From Desulfosudaceae bacterium (lineage in GTDB: Bacteria; Desulfobacterota; Desulfobacteria; Desulfobacterales; Desulfosudaceae), in NCBI GenBank assembly GCA_963674745.2, contig CAXXDV010000001.1, positions 1,568,001 to 1,632,000 of the forward strand: DNA of 64,000 nucleotides, written 5' to 3'. Position numbers and translations under genes: made by a program. How positions within the stretch are numbered: the first letter of the stretch is position 1; each line of letters starts with the position of its first letter. Positions 10,389 through 20,828 of the stretch are shown piece after piece. The notes beneath the pieces were generated by a model. The model was given only the letters and a program-made list of their open reading frames with translations. It was not told where the DNA came from and did not search any database.

Positions 10389-11516
10389 TTACAGCAGCTC
10401 CTTGAGTTCCGGCAGAAGTTTATGCATGGCCTTGTGAAGGGCGAATTCCGACAGGTCGGCCGGTTTTATCCAGCGAAAATCATCCGGTCCGTCCAGACGG
10501 ACCCGGCCGGACAGTATGCGGCAGACAAAGGCGTCCAGGTCCAGTTTAAAGTGGGTATAGGCATGCTGAATCCGGGCCAGGGGTTTTTCAACCGTTACCT
10601 TCAGCCTGACGGTCCGGTAAACCGCTTCCCGGCAGGCTGATTCCGCAGACTGCCCTTTTTCTAACGGACCTGAGGGAAACTCCCACAGCCCGCCCAGCAG
10701 CCCCCGGGCAGGTCGACGGACAATCAGGATCTTTCCCTGTTTGATAATAATAGCCGCGGTCTGGTGCCGGTGAGGCGTTTTTCTGCCGGGAACGCGTACG
10801 GGGAAATCCTGTACCCGCCTTAGTTGAAAAGCGCCGCATTCTTTTTGGGCGGGGCACCGGTCGCATTTCGGCTGACGGGGCGAACAGACCAGGGCGCCCA
10901 GTTCCATCATGGCCTGGTTCCAGGTGCCGGGGTCGTGGTGGTCCAGAAGCAGGCCGGCCAGTTCCCGGTAGCTTTTGTATGAACCGGCCTGGTTGACCGG
11001 GTCCGGTTTTAAAAACAGCCTGGCCAGTACCCGTTTGACGTTTCCGTCTACCACCGGCAATCGATGGCCGAAAGCAATACTTTGAACGGCGGCATTGATA
11101 TAGTCGCCCACCCCCGGTAACAGGATAAAATGCACCGGGCTGTCCGGTACCCGGGGCGTTCCCATGGAAACCAGATTTCTGGCGGCCAGGTGAAGGTTTC
11201 TGGCCCGCGAGTAATAGCCCAGGCCTTCCCAGGCTTTGAGGACACGGTCCGGATCTGCTTCGGCCAGGGACGAGAGGTTCGGAAACTGTTGAATAAAACG
11301 GTTAAAATAATCGACTACCGTGGCCACCTGGGTCTGCTGCAGCATCACTTCCGATACCCAGATATGGTAAGGGTCTGCGGTTGTCCGCCAGGGAAGATCG
11401 CGCCGGTTGGTTTGATACCAGCGAAGCAGCCGTTTTTGAAAAGCGGCAATTGTACCGGCCTCGGTATTGTCCGCCAGGGATTGTTTTGATCGACCGGAAC
11501 GGAAAGCTTTTTTCAT
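10389..11516 (-). CDS. mutY: A/G-specific adenine glycosylase
   Basis: WVSEVMLQQTQV, WEGLGYYSRARNL, VDGNVKRV, C-x6-C-x2-C-x5-C FeS motif, C-terminal NUDIX-like domain. Confidence 0.96.
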   Translation of the reverse strand: MKKAFRSGRSKQSLADNTEAGTIAAFQKRLLRWYQTNRRDLPWRTTADPYHIWVSEVMLQQTQVATVVDYFNRFIQQFPNLSSLAEADPDRVLKAWEGLGYYSRARNLHLAARNLVSMGTPRVPDSPVHFILLPGVGDYINAAVQSIAFGHRLPVVDGNVKRVLARLFLKPDPVNQAGSYKSYRELAGLLLDHHDPGTWNQAMMELGALVCSPRQPKCDRCPAQKECGAFQLRRVQDFPVRVPGRKTPHRHQTAAIIIKQGKILIVRRPARGLLGGLWEFPSGPLEKGQSAESACREAVYRTVRLKVTVEKPLARIQHAYTHFKLDLDAFVCRILSGRVRLDGPDDFRWIKPADLSEFALHKAMHKLLPELKELL

Positions 11517-11559
11517 TTGTCTTTACGATTATTCCGAAAGAGGCCGGACGCAAACACAC

Positions 11560-11703
11560 GTAGGGGCACCCCCCTGTGGGTGCCCTTTCACGGGCAGGCA
11601 CGGGGGCCTGCCCCTACAATATGCATGAACTCCCGCCTCGATCCGTAGGGGCACCCCCCTGTGGGTGCCCTTTTTTCGGGCGGCCACAAGAGGCCGCCCT
11701 TAC
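11560..11703. repeat. Cluster of GTAG-type REP palindromes
   Basis: gtaggggcacccccctgtgggtgccc twice, each with a paired second hairpin. Confidence 0.8.
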
Positions 11704-11734
11704 GTTTATTGAAAGATGCCATGAAAGGATCGGG

Positions 11735-13072
11735 CTACAGGCTTTGCTGAATTTCAGACATGATGGTTATTGGCAGCGTGTAAGTTCCCTTTCCTGTGAT
11801 CTGATCGACCAGTCGCTGTGAGGCAATGCGGTAGCAAAGCCGGGCGGTCACCGTCAGTCCGGTGTCCGGGGCGGTTTCGGGCAGATAAAAGGTCTGCGAG
11901 GCCGATTTGCGGGGCGGGATCCGATTGTCTGACAGAACTTCACGGGCTTTGGCCAGGTTGTCCACCGGTCGCCCCTGCCCGTCACCGAAAACCGTCTGGT
12001 AGAGCAGGACATCGTCTCTCAGGTAACCGTTTTTGTCGGGCTGCCCCGAGGCGTAAACCACACGGCCGGATTTTTTTTCGGTGACCGTTATGTCCAGCCA
12101 CATCTGGCGTACGTTGCTCAAACCGGTGGGCAGTTTATGGCCGGCGCCGGTGTTGGTGATCGTAATGATAAAGCTGTTGCCTTTAATGCCAGGGCTTTTC
12201 AGGGCCAGGGAGGCGGCGTTTTTCAGCCGCTCTTCAGCCATTTGAACCTTGTCCTGTCCGCCAAAGGCGGCCGGCAAAAAATTATTGCCGCCCACAAAAT
12301 TGTGGGTGAAGACATGGGGCCGTTCGGGCCCGATCTCCGAGGCATGTCCCGGATTGTCCGGCCGGGGGGTGCTGCCGGTGGCCGGTATACCCGGTCGCTG
12401 GAACATGTGGCAGCCCTGGCAGGTTACCCGCTTTTTGGGGTCACGGGCGTTGTAAGAGCTGTTGCGCCATTCATCGTAGGTGGTTTCCAGGTCGATATCA
12501 AAGGCCACATGTTTGACATTATGGCAGGTACCGCAGATACCCGGATTGACATGAAATTCCGAGTAGGCTGCATCATGAAATTCAGGTTCAGGGTCTTTTC
12601 TCGGACCGCGTTTTACGCCGGGGTCGTCTTCACCGAATCCGGGCGAGAGAATCATCCCGTTATTGTACATCCGGGTGGCGCCGACGGCTGAGTGACAAAA
12701 ATCGCATTGTACGCCAAAGGTGGCGATTTCCGGGACAGCCGACAGATCATCGGATGTTTTCCGGGGGTTGCCTGAAGCCACGCCGACCGGTGTGTGGCAC
12801 TTGACGCAGGCTTCGGCTTCCTCGATTTCTCCGGCGTCGGTCAGGCCCTTGAGAAAATATTTGGCCACGGCATTGTAGACCGGGTCCTGGTGGGACAGAT
12901 TATGGGTCGAGTTTTCCCACTGGCTGTGAATTTCGGCGTGACAATCACTGCAGACCGAAGGGTCAATAAAGCGGTCAACCACGAACGTCTCACCCGCGTG
13001 TGCCGTTAAGGCAAAAACCAGCGGTAGACACAGCAAAACGGTCGCCAAACCGCGTCCAACAAAAATATTCAT
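11735..13072 (-). CDS. Periplasmic multiheme c-type cytochrome (5 CxxCH; c554-like)
   Basis: Signal peptide; CSDCH, CVKCH, CDFCH, CGTCH, CQGCH; GAGHKLPTG motif. Confidence 0.88.
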   Translation of the reverse strand: MNIFVGRGLATVLLCLPLVFALTAHAGETFVVDRFIDPSVCSDCHAEIHSQWENSTHNLSHQDPVYNAVAKYFLKGLTDAGEIEEAEACVKCHTPVGVASGNPRKTSDDLSAVPEIATFGVQCDFCHSAVGATRMYNNGMILSPGFGEDDPGVKRGPRKDPEPEFHDAAYSEFHVNPGICGTCHNVKHVAFDIDLETTYDEWRNSSYNARDPKKRVTCQGCHMFQRPGIPATGSTPRPDNPGHASEIGPERPHVFTHNFVGGNNFLPAAFGGQDKVQMAEERLKNAASLALKSPGIKGNSFIITITNTGAGHKLPTGLSNVRQMWLDITVTEKKSGRVVYASGQPDKNGYLRDDVLLYQTVFGDGQGRPVDNLAKAREVLSDNRIPPRKSASQTFYLPETAPDTGLTVTARLCYRIASQRLVDQITGKGTYTLPITIMSEIQQSL

Positions 13073-13219
13073 GTGTCACCTTTATAGAAGATAGCGCCTA
13101 TAGCATATTACAAATATAATTAACTTATTGTGAGGGTAGTGACTTATAAAAATTGGTTTTTACCTAATAATATGACAAAAGATTTTTATAAACATATTAA
13201 CTCGTATAGGAAAAAACGG

Positions 13220-13344
13220 GATGGCCAAGTAAAACGTTCAAGATCAAGGCGCCACAAATCTCGAGGAATGCAGCGTACATGGTAGTACGTGAAATTCCGA
13301 GAGATGCAGTGCAACGCAGATATTGGACGTTTTACTTGGCCATC
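13220..13344. mobile_element. MITE-like palindromic element, about 125 bp
   Basis: gatggccaagtaaaacgttcaa ... ttggacgttttacttggccatc terminal inverted repeats with internal hairpins. Confidence 0.7.
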
Positions 13345-13348
13345 AAAC

Positions 13349-13822
13349 CTACTTCAACTGTTCAAGCTTGTCGGTCAATAACACCAGGTGGCTCATTTCT
13401 TCCTTGATAATGCCATTGATCTTTTCTTTTCCAAGACCGGCGCCAACCAGCTCCCGCATACCGACATAAAAAGCAATCGAATCCTTTTCGGTTACAATGG
13501 CTTCTTTCAGCACTTCTTCCATCGAGTTCAGGTCTATGGCTTTTTCATCAAAAACCCGACGGTCGGCCAGGGCTTTCAAATACCTGGCGGTTTCGTCCTC
13601 AGGGTCAAAGGCCCCTGGTTTTTTGTCACTATCTGACAGCTCGGCCCTTAAACCGGCAAACGTCTTTTCATGCTGGTCTTCCATCCCGGCCAGCTCTTCG
13701 AGCATATTCCGGGTCGTCTCATCCGGCGCCCCTTTGGCTGCTGTGCGGTAGAAAGCCGCGCCGTTACGTTCGATCTCTTCGGCAATGGCCAGTATCTCAT
13801 CAATATTAAAATCAAACCCCAT
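13349..13822 (-). CDS. Ferritin-like/rubrerythrin diiron domain protein
   Basis: ERNGAAFY, EDQH, EKDSIAFY, EEMSH diiron motifs. Confidence 0.9.
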   Translation of the reverse strand: MGFDFNIDEILAIAEEIERNGAAFYRTAAKGAPDETTRNMLEELAGMEDQHEKTFAGLRAELSDSDKKPGAFDPEDETARYLKALADRRVFDEKAIDLNSMEEVLKEAIVTEKDSIAFYVGMRELVGAGLGKEKINGIIKEEMSHLVLLTDKLEQLK

Positions 13823-13843
13823 TTTCAGCTCCTTTTAGCCGCT

Positions 13844-14308
13844 TCAGGCATTCTTGAGCAGTTCGCTCAGCAGCCGGATGTGGCCCATTTCTTCTTTGAT
13901 GATGGCTTCGACTTTCATTTTGCCGCTTTCATCCGGCACCATGGCCTTGATGCCCAGGTAATAAACAACAGAATCTTTTTCGGCCATAATGGCTTCATGC
14001 AGGATGGTTTTCATGGAAGAAAGGTCGATCTCTCTTTTGAAGAACACCTCGGTATCAACGATTGACTTCAGGTAAGCGGCCGCTTCTCCGTCAGGGTCAA
14101 AGTAGTCTGGATTGTCTGCGCCAAGCTGATCGCGAAGCGAATTGAATGTCTTTTCATGGTCGACTTCCATTTCCGCCAGGTCAAGCAGGATCTTCTTGTT
14201 TTTTTCGTCCTTGATGGAATCTGCGGCCTGCCGATAAAAAGCGGCCCCGTTTTGCTCCATTTTTACTGCCATTTCAAACACTTCACCTGCATTAAAAATC
14301 TGGGTCAT
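13844..14308 (-). CDS. Ferritin-like/rubrerythrin diiron domain protein (paralog)
   Basis: EQNGAAFY, EVDH, EKDSVVYY, EEMGH. Confidence 0.9.
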   Translation of the reverse strand: MTQIFNAGEVFEMAVKMEQNGAAFYRQAADSIKDEKNKKILLDLAEMEVDHEKTFNSLRDQLGADNPDYFDPDGEAAAYLKSIVDTEVFFKREIDLSSMKTILHEAIMAEKDSVVYYLGIKAMVPDESGKMKVEAIIKEEMGHIRLLSELLKNA

Positions 14309-14356
14309 AATGATGGCTCCTTATATTAATCGAAATTGTGTTATTTAAAAAAGGTA

Positions 14357-14557
14357 CTATAACATAGAATCAAAAGATTTCTTGGTGGCCCCGCAAACCG
14401 GGCACTTCCACTCTTCCGGAAGGTCGCAAAAAAGCGTATTTTTGCAGATTTTACCCTTTCGGTCCCCTTTTTCGGAATTGTATATGTATCCACAATTCGT
14501 GGTCCGGCAGCGGTGCATATCAAGTTTATTATCCGTTTTGTTCTCTTCCTGGCCCAT
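14357..14557 (-). CDS. Rubredoxin
   Basis: CRTTNCGYIY ... DLPEEWKCPVCGA; start moved to ATG at 14557, which has a GGAGG RBS. Confidence 0.88.
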   Translation of the reverse strand: MGQEENKTDNKLDMHRCRTTNCGYIYNSEKGDRKGKICKNTLFCDLPEEWKCPVCGATKKSFDSML

Positions 14558-14783
14558 ATTGTCCTCCCTGATGATTTTGTATTTTAAATTTAAAATAGTA
14601 TCAAAATGAGACAAATCAAGGCAAGGGGTTTTTTATAAAGGCCGGGGCGGGGAAGAACGGGCGCGACCCGCGGAGCAATACCGGACCCCGGTTCTCAGCG
14701 GCATAAAATTTCTTGCTCCGGAAAAGGCCTCTTGTTATATCTTATGGTGGTCAAGAATAAAACACTCATCTTTGGGGTAAAAC

Positions 14784-16493
14784 ATGAATTCTCTGGTACT
14801 GGTGGTTCTGGTCGGGGGGGCTTTTGTTCTGGCGTATTACACGTATGGCCGTTTTCTGGCAAAACGGATTTTTCAGATTGAACCGGAAAATGAATGCCCG
14901 AGCTGCACGCTGCAGGACAACTATGATTACATTCCCACCCCGAAACATGTCCTGTTCGGGCATCATTTTACATCCATTGCCGGCCTGGGGCCCATCGTGG
15001 GGCCGGCCATCGTGGTGATCTGGGGCTGGGTTCCGGCCATGCTCTGGATTGTGTTCGGGGCGATCTTCTTCGGCGCGGTGCACGACTTCGGCGCCCTGGT
15101 TGTTTCCCTGCGCAAAGACGGCCGGTCCATCGGTGATGTGGCCGCCGACCTGATCGGTCCCCGGGTCCGTTTTTTGTTTCTGCTGATTATTTTTTTCGAG
15201 CTCTGGCTGATCATCGCCATATTCGCCATGATCATCGCCATGTTGTTTACCCTGTATCCTCAGTCCGTTATTCCGGTATGGTCGGAAATTCCCATCGCCA
15301 TGGTGCTTGGCTGGTGGGTCTATGCCAGAAAAGGGGACATCTTTTGGCCCAGCATCCTGGCGGTGGGGCTCATGTATGTGTTTGTCTGGGTGGGTGCTCT
15401 GGTGCCGGTCGATCTGGCCGCCCTGGGGTTGACGTCTAACCCGCTGATCACCTGGATTATTATCATCGCGTTGTATGCGTTGATCGCCTCGTTGTTGCCG
15501 GTCCAGGTTTTGTTGCAGCCGCGGGATTTTATCAATTCACACCAGCTCATGATTGCCGGCGGCCTTCTTCTGGCCGGTGTCGTCTGGGTTCACCCCCCGA
15601 TAATGGCGCCGGCTGTACATCTTCACCCGGCCGGTGCGCCGCCCATGCTGCCGCTTCTTTTCGTCATTATGGCCTGCGGTGCGATTTCCGGCTTTCACTG
15701 CCTGGTCAGTTCCGGCACCTCTTCCAAGCAATGCGAAAACGAGCGGGACGCGCAATTTATTTCATACGGCAGCATGCTGATGGAAGGCGCCCTGGCTACT
15801 TTGGTTGTTGTCGCCTGCACGGCCGGTCTGACCCTGGGGCTTAAAGTCGGGGGTGAGAAGCTGGGCGGGGCCGCCGCCTTTAATGCCCACTATGCCAGCT
15901 GGCAGGCTGCCAGCGGTTTGTCGGCCAAACTGGATGCCTTTATCCAGGGGGCATCCAATCTGCTGGAAGGGATGGGTATTCCCGAGTCTTTCTGCCTGGC
16001 TGTCATGGCGGTATTTATTGTTTCATTCGCAGCCACAACAATAGACTCGGCCACGCGTATTCAGCGCTATATCGTGGTCGAACTGGGCAAGGCGACCAAG
16101 ATCAAGCCTTTGACCGGAAATACAGCCGCCACGTTTTTTGCCATCATAACGGCACTGCTGCTGGCCTTTTATGACGGTACCGGCAAGGGCGCTTTACGTC
16201 TCTGGCCGCTGTTTGGGACCGTTAATCAGCTTTTGGCCGGTCTGGCCCTGCTGGCCGTAACCATTTTCCTGGCCCGGAAGAAAATCAGCATCCGCTATAC
16301 GCTTACACCGATGGTGCTGATGCTGGTTGTCACCGGCTGGGCCATGGTGCTGAATATCAGGACGTTTTACGATGCCCAGAACTGGCTGCTGCTGGTCATC
16401 GGCCTCCTGGTCATGGGCCTGAACGTCTGGCTTGTTCTGGAAGGCCTGGTGGCCTTAAAGGGTTTTGTGACGAAACCGGATCGGACCGATTAA
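14784..16493 (+). CDS. cstA: Carbon starvation protein A family transporter
   Basis: GHHFTSIAGLGPIVGP, GAVHDF, ACGAISGFH, LWPLFGTVNQLLA. Confidence 0.94.
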   Translation: MNSLVLVVLVGGAFVLAYYTYGRFLAKRIFQIEPENECPSCTLQDNYDYIPTPKHVLFGHHFTSIAGLGPIVGPAIVVIWGWVPAMLWIVFGAIFFGAVHDFGALVVSLRKDGRSIGDVAADLIGPRVRFLFLLIIFFELWLIIAIFAMIIAMLFTLYPQSVIPVWSEIPIAMVLGWWVYARKGDIFWPSILAVGLMYVFVWVGALVPVDLAALGLTSNPLITWIIIIALYALIASLLPVQVLLQPRDFINSHQLMIAGGLLLAGVVWVHPPIMAPAVHLHPAGAPPMLPLLFVIMACGAISGFHCLVSSGTSSKQCENERDAQFISYGSMLMEGALATLVVVACTAGLTLGLKVGGEKLGGAAAFNAHYASWQAASGLSAKLDAFIQGASNLLEGMGIPESFCLAVMAVFIVSFAATTIDSATRIQRYIVVELGKATKIKPLTGNTAATFFAIITALLLAFYDGTGKGALRLWPLFGTVNQLLAGLALLAVTIFLARKKISIRYTLTPMVLMLVVTGWAMVLNIRTFYDAQNWLLLVIGLLVMGLNVWLVLEGLVALKGFVTKPDRTD

Positions 16494-16595
16494 CGGGCAC
16501 ACAGGGCTCTTCTAGAATCCATCGATTTGACTGAGCATTAGACAATTTGTTTACTACCATTAATCCGGAGATGAACCAAAAATAAGGAGCGTCTT

Positions 16596-17759
16596 ATGAG
16601 TACTGACCAGCCGGCTGCCGGGACCTACCAGCAGTATTTCAACAAGGAACACGACATGCTGCGCAAGGCCTTGCGCGAATTTGTCAAAAAGGAAATTACC
16701 CCCTTTGTCCAGGAATGGGAGGAAGCCGGTGAATTTCCCCGGGAGCTTTATAAAAAAGCCGGTGAGCTGGGTTATCTGGGTATTGGTTTTCCCGAAGAGA
16801 TGGACGGCAGCGGCGGAGACGTTTTTACCACCGTTGTCTTCAATGAAGAAATGATGCGCTGCGGCTCCGCCGGTCTGGTGGCCAGCCTGGGTTCGCACGG
16901 TATCGGGCTGCCGCCCATCGCCATGCACGGCACGCCGGACCAGATCGAACGCTTTGTTAAGCCGGTTCTTGCCGGTGACCGTATCGCGGCCCTGGGCATT
17001 ACCGAACCCGGCGGCGGGTCGGACGTGGCCAGCCTGAAAACCACGGCCGTCCGGGACGGTGACCATTACATCGTCAACGGCAGTAAAATATTCATTACCA
17101 GCGGGATTCGGGCCGACCAGCTCACCTGTGCCGTTCGCACCGGTGAAGAAGGCGCCCATGGCATCAGTTTTCTGCTGATCGAATCCGATACCCCCGGGTA
17201 TTCCACCGGGCAGAAACTGAAAAAAATGGGCTGGCTGGCATCGGACACGGCGGAAATCTTTTTTGACGATTGCCGGGTGCCGGCTGAAAATCTGATCGGT
17301 GAAGAGAACAAGGGTTTTTACATCATCATGGAAAACTTCCAGATGGAACGGTTGATGCTGTCTATCATGGCCAATATGACCGCCCAGCTGGCCTTAGAAG
17401 AGTCCGTCAAGTACGCCCGGGAGCGGGAAGCCTTCGGCAAGCCGCTGAAAGGGTTTCAGGTGACGCGGCACAAGCTGGCCGACATGGCCACCCTGGTCGA
17501 AGCCAGCCGGGAGTTTACCTATCGTGTGGCGGCCAAAATCAACGCCGGTGTAAACCAGGTCAAGGAAATCTCCATGGCCAAGAATTTTGCCTGCCAGGTC
17601 AGTGACAAAGTCACCTATGACGCGGTACAGATTTTCGGCGGTTACGGATACATGCGGGAATACCTGGTCGAGCGGCTTTACCGGGACAATCGTATTCTGA
17701 CCATCGGCGGCGGCACCACCGAAATCATGAGAGAAATCATATCCGGGTTTGTCGTGTAA
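16596..17759 (+). CDS. Acyl-CoA dehydrogenase
   Basis: ALGITEPGGGSD, NGSKIFIT, QIFGGYGY, IGGGTTEIM. Confidence 0.95.
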   Translation: MSTDQPAAGTYQQYFNKEHDMLRKALREFVKKEITPFVQEWEEAGEFPRELYKKAGELGYLGIGFPEEMDGSGGDVFTTVVFNEEMMRCGSAGLVASLGSHGIGLPPIAMHGTPDQIERFVKPVLAGDRIAALGITEPGGGSDVASLKTTAVRDGDHYIVNGSKIFITSGIRADQLTCAVRTGEEGAHGISFLLIESDTPGYSTGQKLKKMGWLASDTAEIFFDDCRVPAENLIGEENKGFYIIMENFQMERLMLSIMANMTAQLALEESVKYAREREAFGKPLKGFQVTRHKLADMATLVEASREFTYRVAAKINAGVNQVKEISMAKNFACQVSDKVTYDAVQIFGGYGYMREYLVERLYRDNRILTIGGGTTEIMREIISGFVV

Positions 17760-17835
17760 AAAAGGGTTCAAGGATTCAAGGGCGCTGAAAACAATACCGC
17801 TTATTCATTACAACTGATTGGGATATAAAGAAAAT

Positions 17836-18681
17836 ATGATCCAGGACGCCCTGACCGTTGTCGGCAACCGGCACGTTTCCGGCAACAACTATAAAATAAC
17901 CCTGGCCGGACCGGGTATCGCGGCTACAGCGCAGCCGGGTCAGTTTGTCATGGTGCGCCCGGATGACGGGCTGAAGCCTTTTTTGCCCCGTCCGTTTTCC
18001 ATTCACCGCGTTGATCAACAAAACCGGGAACTGGCACTGCTTTATAAAGTTGTGGGGCACGGCACCAGGCGTCTGTCGGAACTGGTTCCCGGAAACCGGT
18101 TGAATGTGGTCGGCCCCCTGGGTAAAGGGTTTTACATAGATCAAGCCCTTGAAAAGATTGACCTTATTGCCGGCGGAATCGGCGTGGCGCCACTGGTTTT
18201 CCTGGCGGATGTCCTGGCCGCCCGGGGTCTCTCTGCCGACCGGGTTCGGGTTTTTATCGGCGGTGCCGCTGCTGACGATGTTTTGTGCCAGGATGTTTTC
18301 ACCGACATGGAGATGGTGGTCAAAACGGCTACGGATGACGGCAGTGTCGGTTTTCACGGCTTTGTAACGGAGCCGTTTGAAAAAGCCCTAAAAGACAGAC
18401 GTCCGGATATGGTCTTTGCCTGTGGACCGCCGGCCATGCTCCGGACGGTTGCCCGGATTGCGGCTGCCGAAAATATTCCCTGCCAGGTGTCTGTTGAAAG
18501 CATGATGGCCTGCGGTATGGGCGCCTGCCTGGGGTGTGCGATAAAAACAAATACAAATACAATTAATTACAAGCATGTCTGTCGCGACGGGCCGGTGTTT
18601 TTGAGTACGGTTCTGGATTTTGACAACCTGGTCGACAATCTGGGCGAAAGACATCGCGTTCGACATCAAGTCAAAACATAG
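17836..18681 (+). CDS. pyrK: Dihydroorotate dehydrogenase electron-transfer subunit (FAD/2Fe-2S); no pyrD adjacent
   Basis: PGQFVMV, RPFS, GPLGKGF, GGIGVAP, MACGMGACLGC..VCRDGPVF; first ATG at 17836. Confidence 0.85.
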   Translation: MIQDALTVVGNRHVSGNNYKITLAGPGIAATAQPGQFVMVRPDDGLKPFLPRPFSIHRVDQQNRELALLYKVVGHGTRRLSELVPGNRLNVVGPLGKGFYIDQALEKIDLIAGGIGVAPLVFLADVLAARGLSADRVRVFIGGAAADDVLCQDVFTDMEMVVKTATDDGSVGFHGFVTEPFEKALKDRRPDMVFACGPPAMLRTVARIAAAENIPCQVSVESMMACGMGACLGCAIKTNTNTINYKHVCRDGPVFLSTVLDFDNLVDNLGERHRVRHQVKT

Positions 18682-18767
18682 CGGGTTCTTTACATGTCGT
18701 TTTTGGGTTGACTTGTCAGAATGCAGTGTGATATGTAAACCTCTTTGAATTTTATAAACGGTTTGTC

Positions 18768-19019
18768 ATGGAAGAACAGACAAAACGTGCGATCAGGGAT
18801 CTGGGTTATTACAGCAGCCTGGGTTTATCCGTCGCACTGGCCATTTTTATCGGCGTGTTTACAGGCGTCTTTCTTGACAGGGCATTGGGAACCGGGCCGA
18901 AGTTGATGTTTGTTTTTTTAGGGCTTGGTATTCTGGCCGGGTTCCGTAACATCTGGCATGCCAAAAACCGTATAGAAAGAAGGGATAAAGAAGATACGTC
19001 CGATGAACGATCAGATTGA
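18768..19019 (+). CDS. AtpZ/AtpI-family small membrane protein
   Basis: Two TM helices with G..LD motif; first gene of the F0 operon. Confidence 0.85.
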   Translation: MEEQTKRAIRDLGYYSSLGLSVALAIFIGVFTGVFLDRALGTGPKLMFVFLGLGILAGFRNIWHAKNRIERRDKEDTSDERSD

Positions 19020-19395
19020 ACAACGATTGTTGACCTTTATAAACAGAGCCAACTGGACCCTGCTGGTCGGCTTGGCTTTGCTGGGTCTTTTTCTGACAGA
19101 CGCGAAAGTGAACCTGGGGCTTATCTGCGGCGGCCTGATCGCCACCGTCAATTTTCACCTGCTTCACAGAACGCTGAAGAAAGCGTTCAGCCTGTCGAGT
19201 CTGCCGTCCCGGGGACTGGTTATGGCAAAATACTATCTCCGGTTTACGGTCAGCGGACTGATTCTGTTTCTTCTGGTTTCAAAACACCTGGTTGACCCGC
19301 TGGCGCTGTTTGCGGGCCTTTCCGTTGTGGTGGCCAGTATTTTCCTGGCAACCCTGTCTGAAGTAAAGAAACTCATATTCAAGGAGGCGGTGTAA
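19003..19395 (+). CDS. atpI: ATP synthase subunit I
   Basis: Four TM helices, NF..L and KYYLRF motifs; directly upstream of atpB. Confidence 0.85.
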   Translation: MNDQIEQRLLTFINRANWTLLVGLALLGLFLTDAKVNLGLICGGLIATVNFHLLHRTLKKAFSLSSLPSRGLVMAKYYLRFTVSGLILFLLVSKHLVDPLALFAGLSVVVASIFLATLSEVKKLIFKEAV

Positions 19396-19396
19396 G

Positions 19397-20086
19397 TTGG
19401 AACATCCATATCTTTTATTCGTGAATCTGTTTGAAATGTTTGGGCTGGAGCACTTTGCGGCCGCTTATAAACATGTTATTTACTCCTGGGTGGTTATGAT
19501 CTTACTGATCGTTCTGGGGGCCCTGGGTGCCAGAAACGTCAGCATGATCCCGGGCAAGGCGCAGAACATCTTTGAAATCATTATTGCCGGCATTGAAGAT
19601 TTCATGGTCAGCATCACCGGTGAAGAGGGTCGCTGGTTTTTTCCGCTGGCGGCGACCATCGCGCTTTATGTTTTCGCAAGCAATATCCTGGGGCTTGTCC
19701 CGGGTTTCTTCCCGCCCACGGCCAACATCAACACCCCTCTCTCCTGTGCCATAGTGGTCTTTTGTTTTACCCATTTTGTAGGCGTTAAATATCACGGCGT
19801 CGCATATATCAAACATTTTCTGGGACCATCCATGGCCTTGGCACCGCTGATGCTGCCGATTGAGATCATCGGCCATCTGGCCCGTGTGCTTTCACTGACC
19901 TTTCGTCTTTTCGGAAACATGATGGGCCATGAACTGGTCCTCATGATTCTGTTCGGTCTGGCCGGCGCCTTTTTCGCGCCCCTGCCGATCATGGCGCTGG
20001 GCATTTTGGTCTGCTTTATCCAGGCCTTTATTTTCTTTATTCTGTCGGTCATGTACTTTACCGCCTCAATGGAGCACGCCCACTAA
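19397..20086 (+). CDS. atpB: F0F1 ATP synthase subunit a
   Basis: PPTANIN, SLTFRLFGNM, IQAFIF; TTG start after AAGGAGG. Confidence 0.96.
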   Translation: MEHPYLLFVNLFEMFGLEHFAAAYKHVIYSWVVMILLIVLGALGARNVSMIPGKAQNIFEIIIAGIEDFMVSITGEEGRWFFPLAATIALYVFASNILGLVPGFFPPTANINTPLSCAIVVFCFTHFVGVKYHGVAYIKHFLGPSMALAPLMLPIEIIGHLARVLSLTFRLFGNMMGHELVLMILFGLAGAFFAPLPIMALGILVCFIQAFIFFILSVMYFTASMEHAH

Positions 20087-20144
20087 GCATTATTGAAGAA
20101 GCAAGCATTGGTTAATATAAGGAAGAAGCATTAAATTTCACTAA

Positions 20145-20450
<306 letters not shown>

Positions 20451-20479
20451 GCCGAACAATAGCCGAACATAATACCAAC

Positions 20480-20515
20480 AAAAAAGGCCGTGCATATTAT
20501 GCACGGCCTTTTTTT
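20480..20515 (+). terminator. Intrinsic terminator after atpE
   Basis: aaaaaaggccgtgcat-att-atgcacggcc followed by a T run. Confidence 0.85.
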
Positions 20516-20520
20516 ATGGG

Positions 20521-20675
20521 TTAAAGGTTTTAGAGTGTTAAAGTTTTAGGGTTTTAGGGTTTGGGGGGGCGCGGTTTTCTGGGGGTTAGAAGACAAGGTG
20601 TTTATGTGATTAAGTCTTTAAGTGATTATGTGTTTAAGTGTTTAAGTGATTATGTGGTCGGGGTTTGAGGGGGTG
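20521..20675. repeat. Degenerate 8-nt tandem repeats (left arm of an inverted pair)
   Basis: (GTTTTAGG)-like and (TTAAGTGN)-like arrays; reverse complements at 21287-21346 and 22689-22750. Confidence 0.7.
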
Positions 20676-20828
20676 GGTTTTTTTAGTAGGCCTTTTTTAA
20701 TGGGTGCCACGGGCGAAGCGACAGCTTGCCCGTGTAAGAAAATTGTTACTGGAAAATCCCGGCCAAGCCTGTGCGGCCTGGCCCGTGCCATCCAACGAAG
20801 GTGTACGAGTGAACGGATTGTTGGCCTC

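Noticed and set aside
20521..20675. Short periodic repeats considered as a CRISPR array or telomere-like tract
   Set aside because: No constant repeat with unique spacers and no cas genes; these are degenerate octamers.
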